Shown here one piece after another: positions 16,974 to 17,114 of a stretch of 17,114 nucleotides of DNA (position 1 is its first letter; each line of letters starts with the position of its first letter). The stretch is from NCBI GenBank assembly GCA_050010515.1, contig JBEKKX010000046.1, forward strand, positions 1-17,114, written 5' to 3'. The notes under the pieces are model-generated. The model worked only from the letters and a program-made list of their open reading frames with translations. It made no database searches and had not been told where the DNA came from. Source of the DNA: Candidatus Bathyarchaeia archaeon (GTDB lineage: Archaea; Thermoproteota; Bathyarchaeia; Bathyarchaeales; Bathycorpusculaceae). Both the position numbers and the translations under genes were made by a program.

Positions 16974-17114
16974 CAAAAATAAAATGAATGATCGCAACCT
17001 TACGGTTGCGGTATCTTCAGAAAAATTATGGATGCTTAGATTGTTCTATGTAGCGTTTGATTGTTTCAGCATTGACCTGGCCAATTGAACGGTAGAATTT
17101 ACCTCTCGACCAAA

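Overview
Archaeal chromosomal segment. Gene families, TATA/BRE promoters and protein C-termini suggest Bathyarchaeia/TACK; this is inference. It contains tRNA-Ala(UGC), a membrane-anchored cyclophilin followed by a frameshifted, partly inverted paralog remnant, a GT4 glycosyltransferase, a Zn-ribbon/NTF2 protein, an exported glutaminyl cyclase, a DUF3147-like membrane protein, a membrane-tethered winged-helix regulator, three cell-surface proteins, an ECF transporter operon, a flavin-reductase-like/Rieske ferredoxin pair and a helical hypothetical protein. The main signal is a 45-bp element, TGTTC-N8-GAACA-N3-TGTTC-N6-GAGAG-TATA. It occurs with identical spacing, in the gene's own orientation, upstream of all three unrelated surface-protein genes (6127, 7981, 15136 minus), and a degenerate fourth copy lies at 7693. 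The first copy directly follows a gene for a LexA-like wHTH fused to two TM helices, and the GAAC/GTTC half-sites are LexA-like. The working hypothesis is a membrane-tethered transcription factor controlling a cell-surface regulon.
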